This document shows, piece after piece, positions 29,666 to 38,882 of a stretch of 64,000 nt of DNA. The stretch is from assembly GCA_965249135.1 (NCBI GenBank), contig OZ252220.1:1760001-1824000 (forward strand), read 5' to 3'. Origin of the DNA: Alphaproteobacteria bacterium. Lineage in GTDB: Bacteria > Pseudomonadota > Alphaproteobacteria > GCA-2746255. Each line of letters opens with the position of its first letter. Positions within the stretch are counted from its first letter, which is position 1. The notes beneath the pieces were generated by a model. That model saw only the letters and a list, made by a program, of their open reading frames with translations. It searched no databases and was not told the origin of the DNA. A program made the translations under genes and the position numbers.

Positions 29666-30990
29666 TGGCCGAAGACTCCGGGCATAACATGTTCGTGGCC
29701 AGCCGCCAGTCGCTGAAGCGCACGTTGGAAACGGTACCCACCGGGTCACAGACCTTCAGCAAGGCGCATATCCAGCTGCCTGACGGTCATGCGCCGTTAT
29801 TCGTTGACCGGGCGAAGGGCGCCCGGTTCTTCGATATCGACGGCAATGAATTCGTCGACCTTGCAATGGCTCTGGCCGCCGTCGGCCTTGGATACTGCGA
29901 CCTTGACGTGGATGCTGCGATTCGCGATCAGCTCGAGCGCGGTATTTCCTTCAGCCTGCCGACGCAGCTCGAGGCCGAGCTCTCGGAACTGATCGTCGAA
30001 GTGGTGCCCAGTGCGGAGATGGTACGTTTCGCCAAGAACGGATCCGATGTCACCTCGGCCGCGGTCCGGCTGGCGCGCGCCTTTACGGGTCGCGAGCGGG
30101 TGCTCGCCTGCGGCTATCACGGTTGGCACGACTGGTATATCGGAACGACGACGCGTGACCTCGGTGTTCCAGGCTGCATCCGGGCCTTGACCGACAAGGC
30201 ATCTGCCAACGACCCAGATTCGGTTGCGGCAAAGCTCAAGGAACATCCTGACGAATTCGCGGCGATCATCGTCGAGCCGATGCAGCTCGATGATCCGTGC
30301 GCTTCGTTGTCCGCGATCCGCGCTTCGGCGGACCAGTCCGGCGCCGTGCTGGTTTTCGACGAAGTGGTCACCGGCTTCCGCTTCGCCTTGGGGGGGGCGC
30401 AGCAACTCTATGGCGTCACGCCCGACCTTACCTGTCTCGGCAAGTCGATGGCCAATGGCATGCCGCTATCGGCCATTACGGGACGGCGCGATATCATGCG
30501 TTTGATGGATGACATCTTCTTCTCGGGCACGTTTGGGGGCGAAGCGCTATCGCTTGCCGCGTCGCTGGCCACCATCCGCAAGATTCGCGACCAGGGCGTC
30601 ATCGAGTATCTCTGGACCATGGGCGGTCGGTTGCAGGTGAAACTGCGCCGCACGATAAAAAAATATGGTCTCGAAAATGTGCTGTCCGTAACCAACGAGC
30701 CATGCCTCGGGTTTATCGCCGTATCGGAAGGGCGCGGGAATCCACAGGCAGTAAACCGCACCTTCATGCTGGCGGAAATGATCCGCCAGGGCGTGTTCAT
30801 GAACGGCTCGCTGACCATGTGCCATGCATTTGGCGAAGAGGAGCTAAGGCAGGTCACAAAGGCCTTCGACGTGTTCGCCGAACGTTTTTCCCGAGAGCTG
30901 GAGATACCGGATTTGGCTGCCCGTCTTCCTTATCCGCCGATCACGCCGATCTTCACTTTGCCCAAGCCGGGCGATCGGAAAAAAGGCTGA
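29662..30990 (+). CDS. Class III PLP aminotransferase (GSA-aminomutase/KdnA-like)
   Basis: SQTFSK, RFAKNGSD, YHGWHDW, FDEVVTGFR, GKSMANG, SGTFGG. Confidence 0.88.
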   Translation: MMAEDSGHNMFVASRQSLKRTLETVPTGSQTFSKAHIQLPDGHAPLFVDRAKGARFFDIDGNEFVDLAMALAAVGLGYCDLDVDAAIRDQLERGISFSLPTQLEAELSELIVEVVPSAEMVRFAKNGSDVTSAAVRLARAFTGRERVLACGYHGWHDWYIGTTTRDLGVPGCIRALTDKASANDPDSVAAKLKEHPDEFAAIIVEPMQLDDPCASLSAIRASADQSGAVLVFDEVVTGFRFALGGAQQLYGVTPDLTCLGKSMANGMPLSAITGRRDIMRLMDDIFFSGTFGGEALSLAASLATIRKIRDQGVIEYLWTMGGRLQVKLRRTIKKYGLENVLSVTNEPCLGFIAVSEGRGNPQAVNRTFMLAEMIRQGVFMNGSLTMCHAFGEEELRQVTKAFDVFAERFSRELEIPDLAARLPYPPITPIFTLPKPGDRKKG

Positions 30991-30993
30991 GCG

Positions 30994-32052
30994 TTGGCGC
31001 ATGCATCAACCGTGGTGTTTCGTGTCGATGCCGGACCGGAGATCGGCTTCGGGCATCTGGCGCGCGCGCTCGTCCTTGCCGAGGCGTTGCGTGACCACGG
31101 CGTCGCGGTGCATTTCTATCCGTCCAGCACCCATGACGAAATTCTTTCCCTGCTCGAACAGGGTGGCTTCGCGACATCTGTGCATAGCGGGTCTACGCCG
31201 CAGCAGTGGTTGTCGGAAACCAGGGCAAATGCGGTCGTCTACGACCTTGTTCACACTTGTTGGCGCGCGGAACAGGACGGGTTGTTCGCGGAAATCGCCG
31301 ATGTCGGCAACGCCGCCGTACCGATTGTTTTCTTTGACGGATATGGCGAACAGAGCTATCGATGCCAGGCTGGTGCGCCGACGGTGGATTTTATCGTCGC
31401 CCCCTATGTTGGCGAACCCGGACCGTGCCGGATCCTCGCTGGCCGTATCTTGGCGGGGCCGCAGTATTTTCCGCTTGCACGGAGCTATCGGAATGCTACC
31501 CGACGTGGGGAACGGAGTGCTGTTGAGCGCATTCTCGTTACCTGCGGCGGAGCCGATCCGTATATGGCCGCACCGGGAATTTTAGAGGCGCTTCTCAGCA
31601 TGCCGGAGCGCGACATTCAGATCGACATGGTGATGGGTGCCTTGTTTTCGGATGAGAACAAGCGGCAGATTGGAGCGATCGCCGCGCACGCTCCCGATAA
31701 GGTCCATCTGGTCGACGCGCCGCGTTCGCTTGCGGCGCAAATGGGTAGCGCTGATCTCTGCGTTTGCGCCAACGGGCTTACAAAATACGAGCTGGCGGCA
31801 ATGGGTATGCCAACGATTGCGGTGTCGCTCAGCCCGGCGCATCATCGGGCCAACCTTGCGTTCGCGGAGAGCGGGGCTCTGATGGTGCTGGGTCTGTTGG
31901 ACGACGTTGATGACCGCACCATTGCCGACGCCGTTTCGGAGATGATCGGCGAAGCAGACCTCCGTGCTCGCATGTCGCGCGCGGGCGTGGCCCTAGTAGA
32001 CGGGAAGGGGACCGATCGTATTCTTAAGGAAGTGAAGCTGATACCATGTTGA
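30994..32052 (+). CDS. pseG: PseG/SpsG-family UDP-sugar hydrolase
   Basis: FRVDAG..IGFGHL.R, GP.Y, GGAD, G.TKYEL, VDGKG. Confidence 0.75.
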   Translation: MAHASTVVFRVDAGPEIGFGHLARALVLAEALRDHGVAVHFYPSSTHDEILSLLEQGGFATSVHSGSTPQQWLSETRANAVVYDLVHTCWRAEQDGLFAEIADVGNAAVPIVFFDGYGEQSYRCQAGAPTVDFIVAPYVGEPGPCRILAGRILAGPQYFPLARSYRNATRRGERSAVERILVTCGGADPYMAAPGILEALLSMPERDIQIDMVMGALFSDENKRQIGAIAAHAPDKVHLVDAPRSLAAQMGSADLCVCANGLTKYELAAMGMPTIAVSLSPAHHRANLAFAESGALMVLGLLDDVDDRTIADAVSEMIGEADLRARMSRAGVALVDGKGTDRILKEVKLIPC

Positions 32053-33059
32053 ATGACACTTTCACCATTGACGGCCGTCTTGTTGGCGCCGGAGCGTCGC
32101 CCTACGTGATCGCCGAGGTCGGCTCAAATTTCAATCAGTCGAAAGATGTTGCCCGCAGATTGATTGACGCCGCGAAGGTGGCAGGCGCCGACGCCGTCAA
32201 GTTTCAACTCTTCCGTGCGGACGTGCTCTATCCGGATGGCGGGGAAGTTCACGACATCTTCAAGTCGGTGCAGCTCGATGTGGACTGGCTGCCGGATCTT
32301 AAGGCACATGCGACGGGGCAAGGGCTGCATTTTTCCGCATCTGCCTTCGACCGGGAGTCGATCAAGTCCTTGGCCGAACTGGGCGTACCTTTCTTGAAGG
32401 TCGGCTCATCGGAAACCGCCAATCTTGATCTGGTGGCCTGGATGGCGGCAGTCGGCAAGCCACTGTTCCTGTCGACCGGGATGTGCGGCCTGGGCGAAAT
32501 TTCGGACGCGGTCGAGGTCTGCCTTGGCCTAGGCCTGGCGGATGTCAGCCTGATGCAATGCCAGTCGGTTTACCCGCTCGAAAACGCCGATGTGAACCTA
32601 GCGGCAATCAACACCCTGCGGTCCGCGTTCGGCGGGCCGGTCGGATTCTCCGATCATTCGCTCGGAATCTTCGCGCCGATCGCTGCGGCTGCGCGCGGCG
32701 CCCATTCGATTGAAAAGCACTTTACGCTCGACCGGTCTATGGCCGGCCCGGACCATTTCTATGCACTGGAACCCGGTGAATTAAAGACCATGATCGAGGG
32801 TATCCGTGCCGCGCATGAGGCAATTGGGGACGGCGAGAAACGTATTTTGCAGCCGGAACGGGATCAAGGTAGGCGAAACGGTTTGTGGTTCGCGGTCGCG
32901 GCGTCTGAGGGCGATGTCATCACGGCCGAGCTTCTGGAAGTTAAGCGCCCAGCCGTTGGTATCAAGGCCGGGCACCAGGCAGCGGTAATCGGCGCACGAT
33001 TGAACCGGAATGTCTCGACTGGCGACCCCCTTACCTGGAACGACCTGAGCTTTTCCTAG
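32046..33059 (+). CDS. NeuB-family ulosonate synthase no. 1 with C-terminal SAF domain (PseI position)
   Basis: IAEVGSN, KFQ, LSTGM, YP, GFSDH, IEKHFT, KRP..GI. Confidence 0.88.
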   Translation: MLNDTFTIDGRLVGAGASPYVIAEVGSNFNQSKDVARRLIDAAKVAGADAVKFQLFRADVLYPDGGEVHDIFKSVQLDVDWLPDLKAHATGQGLHFSASAFDRESIKSLAELGVPFLKVGSSETANLDLVAWMAAVGKPLFLSTGMCGLGEISDAVEVCLGLGLADVSLMQCQSVYPLENADVNLAAINTLRSAFGGPVGFSDHSLGIFAPIAAAARGAHSIEKHFTLDRSMAGPDHFYALEPGELKTMIEGIRAAHEAIGDGEKRILQPERDQGRRNGLWFAVAASEGDVITAELLEVKRPAVGIKAGHQAAVIGARLNRNVSTGDPLTWNDLSFS

Positions 33060-33076
33060 CCGCTACAGCGATCATC

Positions 33077-33760
33077 GTGGCCAACCTCGTCATCTTTGGG
33101 AATCGCGAAATCGCCTCGCTAGCGCGCTATTATTTCGAGAATGATAGTGACCACCGCGTTTCGGCCTTCACGGTCGATGACGCTTTCGTCGATGCCGACA
33201 CATTTGAAGGCTTGCCCCTCGTTCCGTTCAGCGAAGCACCGAATCGGTTTCCGCCTTCCTCGCACGCGATGCATGTCGCGTTGTCGTACCGGGGACTCAA
33301 CCGGCTTCGGGAAGAGAAGTTCCAGCAGGCGCGGGAGGCGGGGTATGAGTTGGTGTCCTATGTCTGTACCAAGTCTGTGACTTGGCCGGATCTTTCCATT
33401 GGCGATAACTGCTTTATCCTCGAGAACCAGACGATCCAGCCGACGGTGCAAATTGGCAACAACGTTATAATCTGGTCTGGTAACCACATCGGGCACGCGA
33501 CGGTCATCCGCGACCATGTCTACATCGCATCGCACGTCTGTATTTCCGGTCATTGCGACATCGGCGAGCATAGTTTCCTTGGTGTCAATGCTACGTTGAA
33601 GGATTTCACGCGGATCGGTAGCGACTGCTTTGTTGCCATGGACGCATCGATTACCAGCGATCTGCCTGACGGCGCGGTTGCCATAGGCGAGGGGGCTACG
33701 GTCTTCACCGCCGACGACCGGCGGGCGCGCACCCTGAAACACCGGTATTTCGACGGTTGA
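33077..33760 (+). CDS. Hexapeptide-repeat acyltransferase (NeuD/PglD-like)
   Basis: N-terminal Rossmann-like segment and left-handed beta-helix repeats (IGDNCFI, IGNNVII, WSGNHIGH). Confidence 0.87.
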   Translation: MANLVIFGNREIASLARYYFENDSDHRVSAFTVDDAFVDADTFEGLPLVPFSEAPNRFPPSSHAMHVALSYRGLNRLREEKFQQAREAGYELVSYVCTKSVTWPDLSIGDNCFILENQTIQPTVQIGNNVIIWSGNHIGHATVIRDHVYIASHVCISGHCDIGEHSFLGVNATLKDFTRIGSDCFVAMDASITSDLPDGAVAIGEGATVFTADDRRARTLKHRYFDG

Positions 33761-33797
33761 GCACCCGGCCGTATCATTAAATGCATTGGATGGAGTC

Positions 33798-34568
33798 ATG
33801 AGCAGCGATCAAAAACAATTTGGATACAAGGGCGAGACCAAAGCCACCGACGAACAGATGGCGCATCGGGAGATACTCTATCGCCTATTCCGCGAGCGCC
33901 CGATGCCGGACGACCAGTTGATGATCTGCCTCGGGCTCTTCATGCGAAGTTCGGCCCTGGCAAAAGTCTTGTTCCTGAACGAGCTCTACGAATTGATCGA
34001 GGGAAAGCCAGGGGTCATCGTCGAGTTTGGCACCTGGTGGGGTCAGAATCTGGTGCTGTTCGAGAATCTACGGGCCTTATATGAACCGTTCAATGCCAGC
34101 CGGCGCGTGATTGGGTTCGATACCTTCACCGGTTACCCCAGCGTGTCGGACCAAGACCGCCGCAGCGAGACGATCGTGGAAGGCGGATACAAGGTTTCAG
34201 ACGACTATGAAAGCTACCTCGATGCCTTGCTAGGCTATCACGAGGAAAACAGCGTTCTGCGCAATACCCGCAAGACCGAGCTCGTGAAGGGGGACGTCGC
34301 GAAGACCGCGAAAGACTATTTCAAGAAACACCCTGAACTCGTGATTGCACTCGCCTATTTCGACATGGCGCTTTACGAGCCGTCGAAGGCGGCGTTCCAA
34401 GCCGTCAAGCCGCATCTCATACCTGGCAGCGTACTGATGCTGGATGAGTTCAATTCGCGCGAATATCCCGGGGAAACCATCGCTTTCCGAGAGGTTATGG
34501 GTGACATGAATTTTGAATTCCGCAAGTCGCGCTTCATGACCGATCGCACCATCGCCATCCTGCGCTAA
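33798..34568 (+). CDS. TylF/MycF/NovP-like O-methyltransferase
   Basis: G.IVEFG...G, GFDTFTGYP, LVKGD, AYFDM.LY.P, DE, PGET; ATG 33798 with GGAG RBS. Confidence 0.75.
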   Translation: MSSDQKQFGYKGETKATDEQMAHREILYRLFRERPMPDDQLMICLGLFMRSSALAKVLFLNELYELIEGKPGVIVEFGTWWGQNLVLFENLRALYEPFNASRRVIGFDTFTGYPSVSDQDRRSETIVEGGYKVSDDYESYLDALLGYHEENSVLRNTRKTELVKGDVAKTAKDYFKKHPELVIALAYFDMALYEPSKAAFQAVKPHLIPGSVLMLDEFNSREYPGETIAFREVMGDMNFEFRKSRFMTDRTIAILR

Positions 34569-34609
34569 GTACACGGACTCCCGTTTCGGTTGGCAACGAA
34601 AAATCTGCA

Positions 34610-35308
34610 ATGAAACTGGTTGAAAGCCACCTCGACTGGAGCGGAGCGATACCAACATCCGGGTTGGCCGAGGCCGCACGGACGATCATGGGAGGCGATA
34701 TCGTTGTCCTCAAACGTGTATTCCCAGAATCCCTCATGGATAGCTGCAAAGCCACGTTGCTCGATTGGCAGTCGAAGCATCCGGCAAGCGATCCGGAACG
34801 GCTGGAGACGAATGCCCATTGGTGGCGGCGTGACGTCAACCCACCGTCGAAGACCAAGCATCTCTTCGAAACCTTCTGTTTCGTCTTCGATGGCAGAAAG
34901 GATTCTCTGGCGGAGGTCGCGACAGTCTTTGAGCGCATGGACGCGATCTGGCGGGCGCTCACCAGCCGAACCGAGACAATGCAAACCGGTGACAAGGGCG
35001 GCATGCTGCGGCCGCAAGTAATCCACTACCCACGCGGTGGCGGCTTCTTCGATTGGCACTGTCACGACCTGGAGCCCCAGGGCATCGGCCTGATCGTGGG
35101 GATGTCGAAATACGGAAGGGACTTCACCGCCGGCGGCACCAAGTTCAGGCTCGGTAGCTCGGAGCTGGATACGACATCGGCGCACGACATCGGCGATATC
35201 TGCTTGTTCCGTTACGACCTCGACCATGCAGTGGGTGACGTAGATCGGGATTACCCGCTCGAATGGGGCGGCACGGGCCGGTGGACCATGGTCTCACCGT
35301 TGATGTGA
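34610..35308 (+). CDS. Putative Fe(II)/2-oxoglutarate oxygenase
   Basis: HYP.GGG...WHCHD, DFTAGG, GD, distal H (DHAV) and GRW, a prolyl-hydroxylase-like DSBH pattern. Confidence 0.65.
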   Translation: MKLVESHLDWSGAIPTSGLAEAARTIMGGDIVVLKRVFPESLMDSCKATLLDWQSKHPASDPERLETNAHWWRRDVNPPSKTKHLFETFCFVFDGRKDSLAEVATVFERMDAIWRALTSRTETMQTGDKGGMLRPQVIHYPRGGGFFDWHCHDLEPQGIGLIVGMSKYGRDFTAGGTKFRLGSSELDTTSAHDIGDICLFRYDLDHAVGDVDRDYPLEWGGTGRWTMVSPLM

Positions 35309-35333
35309 CGGCGCGGGCGACGAGGAAAGCACT

Positions 35334-36236
35334 TTGGCTCATTGGCGCAAACTAGGGCTTCTGATCAAACCCGATCGCTCGCTGTGGTGGTCCCGGACCC
35401 ATGCGATGGTGCCGACGCCACAGCCGCTCGGAAATGGTCTTTTCAAGATCTATTATTCGGGCCGTGACGACGACAACCGATCGCATGTTGGTTGGGCGCT
35501 GGTCGATCTTTCGGGGCCGCCAAAAGTTCTTGAGAACAGTGAACAGCCGGTGTTGTCGCCGGGCGAACTCGGCTGTTTCGACGACAACGGCGTCACGCCG
35601 TCCTGCATTGTCGAAAACGATGATGGCATCTATCTCTATTACCTTGGCTGGAATCCTGGCTCGACGGTACGCGTGCACCTGTTCGGCGGACTGGCGATCA
35701 GCAGAGACAACGGCGAGAGTTTCGAACGCTGGTCTCCCGCCCCAATTCTGGAGCGCTGCCAGAGCGACCCGTTTCTCAATACCGCGCCGTGGGTCATCCG
35801 CGAGAAGGAGCATTGGCGTATCTACTATGTCTCTGGTGTTGGTTGGGAGCATCGTGATCTGCCGCACTATTTAATCAAGACCGGCACGTCGGAGGACGGC
35901 CGCACATGGCAACGCGACGGCACTGTCTGCATCGATTTCGCCAATGAACATGAAGTCGCCCTAGCGCGGCCCTACGTTGTGAAGGAAGACGGCCACTATC
36001 GCATGTGGTTCTCCCATAAGGGTGCGGAATACCGAATGGGGTACGCGGAATCCGACGACGGCGTGACCTGGCGGCGAGACGATGCGGCCTGCGATTTGGG
36101 GCCATCGGCTGACGGCTTTGATTCGGTGATGGTCGAATATGCCTCGGTGGTTCGTCACGGGGGCCAGCGCTTCCTGTTCTACAACGGAAACAACTATGGC
36201 TTTGACGGGATTGGGCTGGCGGCCGAAGAGGCGTGA
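35334..36236 (+). CDS. Five-bladed beta-propeller glycoside-hydrolase-like protein (GH32/43/130-like)
   Basis: Repeated S.DG..W Asp-box-like blades, FDDNG, YNGN.YG..GIG; no signal peptide. Confidence 0.7.
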   Translation: MAHWRKLGLLIKPDRSLWWSRTHAMVPTPQPLGNGLFKIYYSGRDDDNRSHVGWALVDLSGPPKVLENSEQPVLSPGELGCFDDNGVTPSCIVENDDGIYLYYLGWNPGSTVRVHLFGGLAISRDNGESFERWSPAPILERCQSDPFLNTAPWVIREKEHWRIYYVSGVGWEHRDLPHYLIKTGTSEDGRTWQRDGTVCIDFANEHEVALARPYVVKEDGHYRMWFSHKGAEYRMGYAESDDGVTWRRDDAACDLGPSADGFDSVMVEYASVVRHGGQRFLFYNGNNYGFDGIGLAAEEA

Positions 36237-36955
36237 GCGATATACGCGTGGCCATTTCACAGCCGACCTATTTGCCGTGGATTGGCTACCTCGCGATGAT
36301 CGATCGAGTTGACCGTTTTGTCTTCCTCGACAACGTCGCCTTCAACGATCGCTCCTGGCAACAGCGCAACTACATTCGTGCCGGCGATGACAAGCTCATG
36401 CTGACCGCTCCTGTCCTCAAGAAGGGGCGGCGCGGCCAGCTCATCCGAGACGTAGAGGTAACGAGAGATAAAGCGTTTCCCGAAGGGCATATCCGCTCGA
36501 TCCAGAATGCTTATGCCAAGGCGCCCTTCTTCGATGCCTATGCGCCCGCACTCTTTGAGATCATGTATCGTGAACAAAACAGGCTGTGCGAAGTGACCAT
36601 CTCGATCATCCACTGGATGATGGATGCGTTCGGAATCACCACGCCGACGATGTGTGTGAGTGCAATGAGCGTAACCGGGGCAAAAGCGGACCTATTGGTC
36701 GATATTTGCCGGGGCTTGGGGGCGGACTGCTATCTCTCCGCGCCGGGGTCACGCGATTACATCGAGGAGTCCGACGCTTTTCAAGAGGCCGCCATCAACG
36801 TCGAGTACCACCTTTATGAGCACCCGAAATACCGGCAGGTCGGAAGCAGTTTTGTCCCCTATCTCGGCAGTATAGATCTTTTATTCAACGAAGGCGGTGA
36901 GGCGGGCCTGCGCATTTTGCGCTCGGGCGTACAGCATACGGCAGGTAATGCATGA
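36233..36955 (+). CDS. WbqC-family protein
   Basis: QPTYLPW.GY, WQQRN.I, LT.PV, Y.KAPFF, S.IDLLFN.G. Confidence 0.9.
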   Translation: MSDIRVAISQPTYLPWIGYLAMIDRVDRFVFLDNVAFNDRSWQQRNYIRAGDDKLMLTAPVLKKGRRGQLIRDVEVTRDKAFPEGHIRSIQNAYAKAPFFDAYAPALFEIMYREQNRLCEVTISIIHWMMDAFGITTPTMCVSAMSVTGAKADLLVDICRGLGADCYLSAPGSRDYIEESDAFQEAAINVEYHLYEHPKYRQVGSSFVPYLGSIDLLFNEGGEAGLRILRSGVQHTAGNA

Positions 36956-37659
36956 CCAGTCTCCTTGGAATCATCCCGGCACGCGGTGGCAGCAAGCGGA
37001 TCAGGAACAAGAATATTGTCGATTTTTTCGGTCGGCCGATCATTGCCTACAGCCTCGACGCCATGCGAGCCGCCGGTATCTATGACGAGATTCATGTCTC
37101 AACCGATTCCGAACGGATTCGCGATGTGGTCACGGGCCTTGGTACCGATGTGCCGTTTCTGAGGGAAGGGCATGCCGGCGACAACGATGGGGTCCTGGAT
37201 GTTGGGCGCTGGGTTCTCGACGAATTCGAAAGACGGGGCCGCCGGTTCGATGTGGTCGGCTTCGTGACGGCCTGCAGCCCGCCCATCGAGGGAAGCGACC
37301 TTGAGGCGGGGTTTCGTCATTACCAAGAAGGTGGCAGTCGCCCGCAATTGGCGGTGTCCGACTATCCGGCGCCTCCGCAGCAAGCCCTGCTGCGCGATGC
37401 GGATGGCGGCATTCGTCCGGAACGCTCCGAGCTGTTCGTGGCACGGTCCCAGGATCTGCTGCCAACCGTATTCGATACAGGCGCTTTTGCCTTTTTCTCG
37501 GTTGAAAGCCTTCGCAACGGCGAGGCCGAACGTTTCGAGCAATACCGCGGTTTCCGGCTAGCGCGGCACAAAGCGGTCGACATAAATACGCCGGAAGACC
37601 TCGATTTCGCGCGTATGCTGTTTGCTGGGAACAGGGCAATACGCGGTATCAAAGGATGA
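36952..37659 (+). CDS. CMP-ulosonate synthetase (PseF/NeuA-like cytidylyltransferase)
   Basis: IIPARGGSKRI..KN, VSTD, VPFLR, RSQDL, D.G, DI.TPED. Confidence 0.9.
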   Translation: MTSLLGIIPARGGSKRIRNKNIVDFFGRPIIAYSLDAMRAAGIYDEIHVSTDSERIRDVVTGLGTDVPFLREGHAGDNDGVLDVGRWVLDEFERRGRRFDVVGFVTACSPPIEGSDLEAGFRHYQEGGSRPQLAVSDYPAPPQQALLRDADGGIRPERSELFVARSQDLLPTVFDTGAFAFFSVESLRNGEAERFEQYRGFRLARHKAVDINTPEDLDFARMLFAGNRAIRGIKG

Positions 37660-38882
37660 CCGGCGCGATTTCAATTCTTGCAGATGCGCCGCACGGATTG
37701 ACGCGGTGTCGGGTGTGTCGGGCGTCCGGTGGACGACAGGTCGGGCAGGTGCCGGCCGTGCCAATCAGCCTCTGGCCGACAGAGGCGCCGCCACATTCGG
37801 CGTTTGACCTCGAGCTTTTTGTTTGCGAGGCGTGCGGCCATTTGCAGCTTCAGACGATGACGCCCGAACTGGTCAGTCGTTTCTATGCGGACGGCTCGTT
37901 CGTCGAAGACAATTCGGAGGGCCACGACGATCGACTGCAGGCGTTCAGGAGTCGGTTCGGCGCGGACGCGATGGCCGGTTGCACCGTCCTCGATATCGGT
38001 GGCGGCAACAACCCGTTTGTCGGTCGCATCGACGACGCGAAGGAACGCTGGATTAGCGACATCGCGGTGAGCGAAGCTGCCGCAGCACAGGCCGATCGGA
38101 CCGTGGCAGGTGATTTTGCCGACGCGGACCTGCCGGATGCGGCCTTCGACGTCGTCACGCTGTTCCACACGCTCGAGCATTTCGCGGAACCAGATCGCGC
38201 CGTGGAGCGTCTGGCACGTGTGGTTCGGCCCGGCAGGCTGGTCCTGATCGAGGTGCCGAATGCGGAAGGCTTCACCCGAACGATCCCGCACTATGCGGTC
38301 TTCCATCAACATCAAAGCTATTTCCATCCCGCGGCGCTCGACGGGCTGATGGCGCGCTTCGGCTTCGATCGCGAGCACCTGTTTCGGGAGGATGTCGTTT
38401 TGCTGGCTGCCTATCGGCGCCGATCGGAGACGACGGCCATGCCGGTCAAGGGCGACCCAGCCACCGGCGTAGCGATCGGCGACTTGCGACGCCGCATCAT
38501 CGACAGCGTCGACGCGACGTTTCGCGAAAGCCTTGGCTCCGTTGGACGGGTCGCAATCTATGGTGCCGGCGGCTCGACCACGATGTTCCTGACATTGTTA
38601 CCCTGGTTGCGGGAGCGCGTGATTGGGGTGTTTGACCGGGATACGGGCAAGCAGGGCCGTTTCGTGCCAGGTACGGCCGTCCGCGTTGGCTCGCCCGACC
38701 AGGTCGATGCCTGCCATGCCGATGTCGTCATCTACCTGTCGAGACGGTTGTTTGAATTATTGGCGCGTGACTACACAACCCCCGCCATTGATGCCGGCGC
38801 TATCCTTGAAGCGGCTGGTCGGCGGGAAAAGATGGCAGGCCGAGGCGAGGACGACGGGAGGCCAGTGATCAATGCTTGTTGA
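37656..38882 (+). CDS. SAM-dependent methyltransferase resembling NDP-sugar C-methyltransferases
   Basis: N-terminal CRVC...CEAC zinc motif, LDIGGG, HTLEH, IEVPN, YGAG, KQGRFVPG. Confidence 0.75.
   Translation: MTGAISILADAPHGLTRCRVCRASGGRQVGQVPAVPISLWPTEAPPHSAFDLELFVCEACGHLQLQTMTPELVSRFYADGSFVEDNSEGHDDRLQAFRSRFGADAMAGCTVLDIGGGNNPFVGRIDDAKERWISDIAVSEAAAAQADRTVAGDFADADLPDAAFDVVTLFHTLEHFAEPDRAVERLARVVRPGRLVLIEVPNAEGFTRTIPHYAVFHQHQSYFHPAALDGLMARFGFDREHLFREDVVLLAAYRRRSETTAMPVKGDPATGVAIGDLRRRIIDSVDATFRESLGSVGRVAIYGAGGSTTMFLTLLPWLRERVIGVFDRDTGKQGRFVPGTAVRVGSPDQVDACHADVVIYLSRRLFELLARDYTTPAIDAGAILEAAGRREKMAGRGEDDGRPVINAC

Noticed and set aside
29662-30990. hemL (tetrapyrrole synthesis)
   Set aside because: Embedded and translationally coupled in the pse block; motifs (SQTFSK, KNGSD, YHGWHDW) fit the glycan-locus subfamily better.
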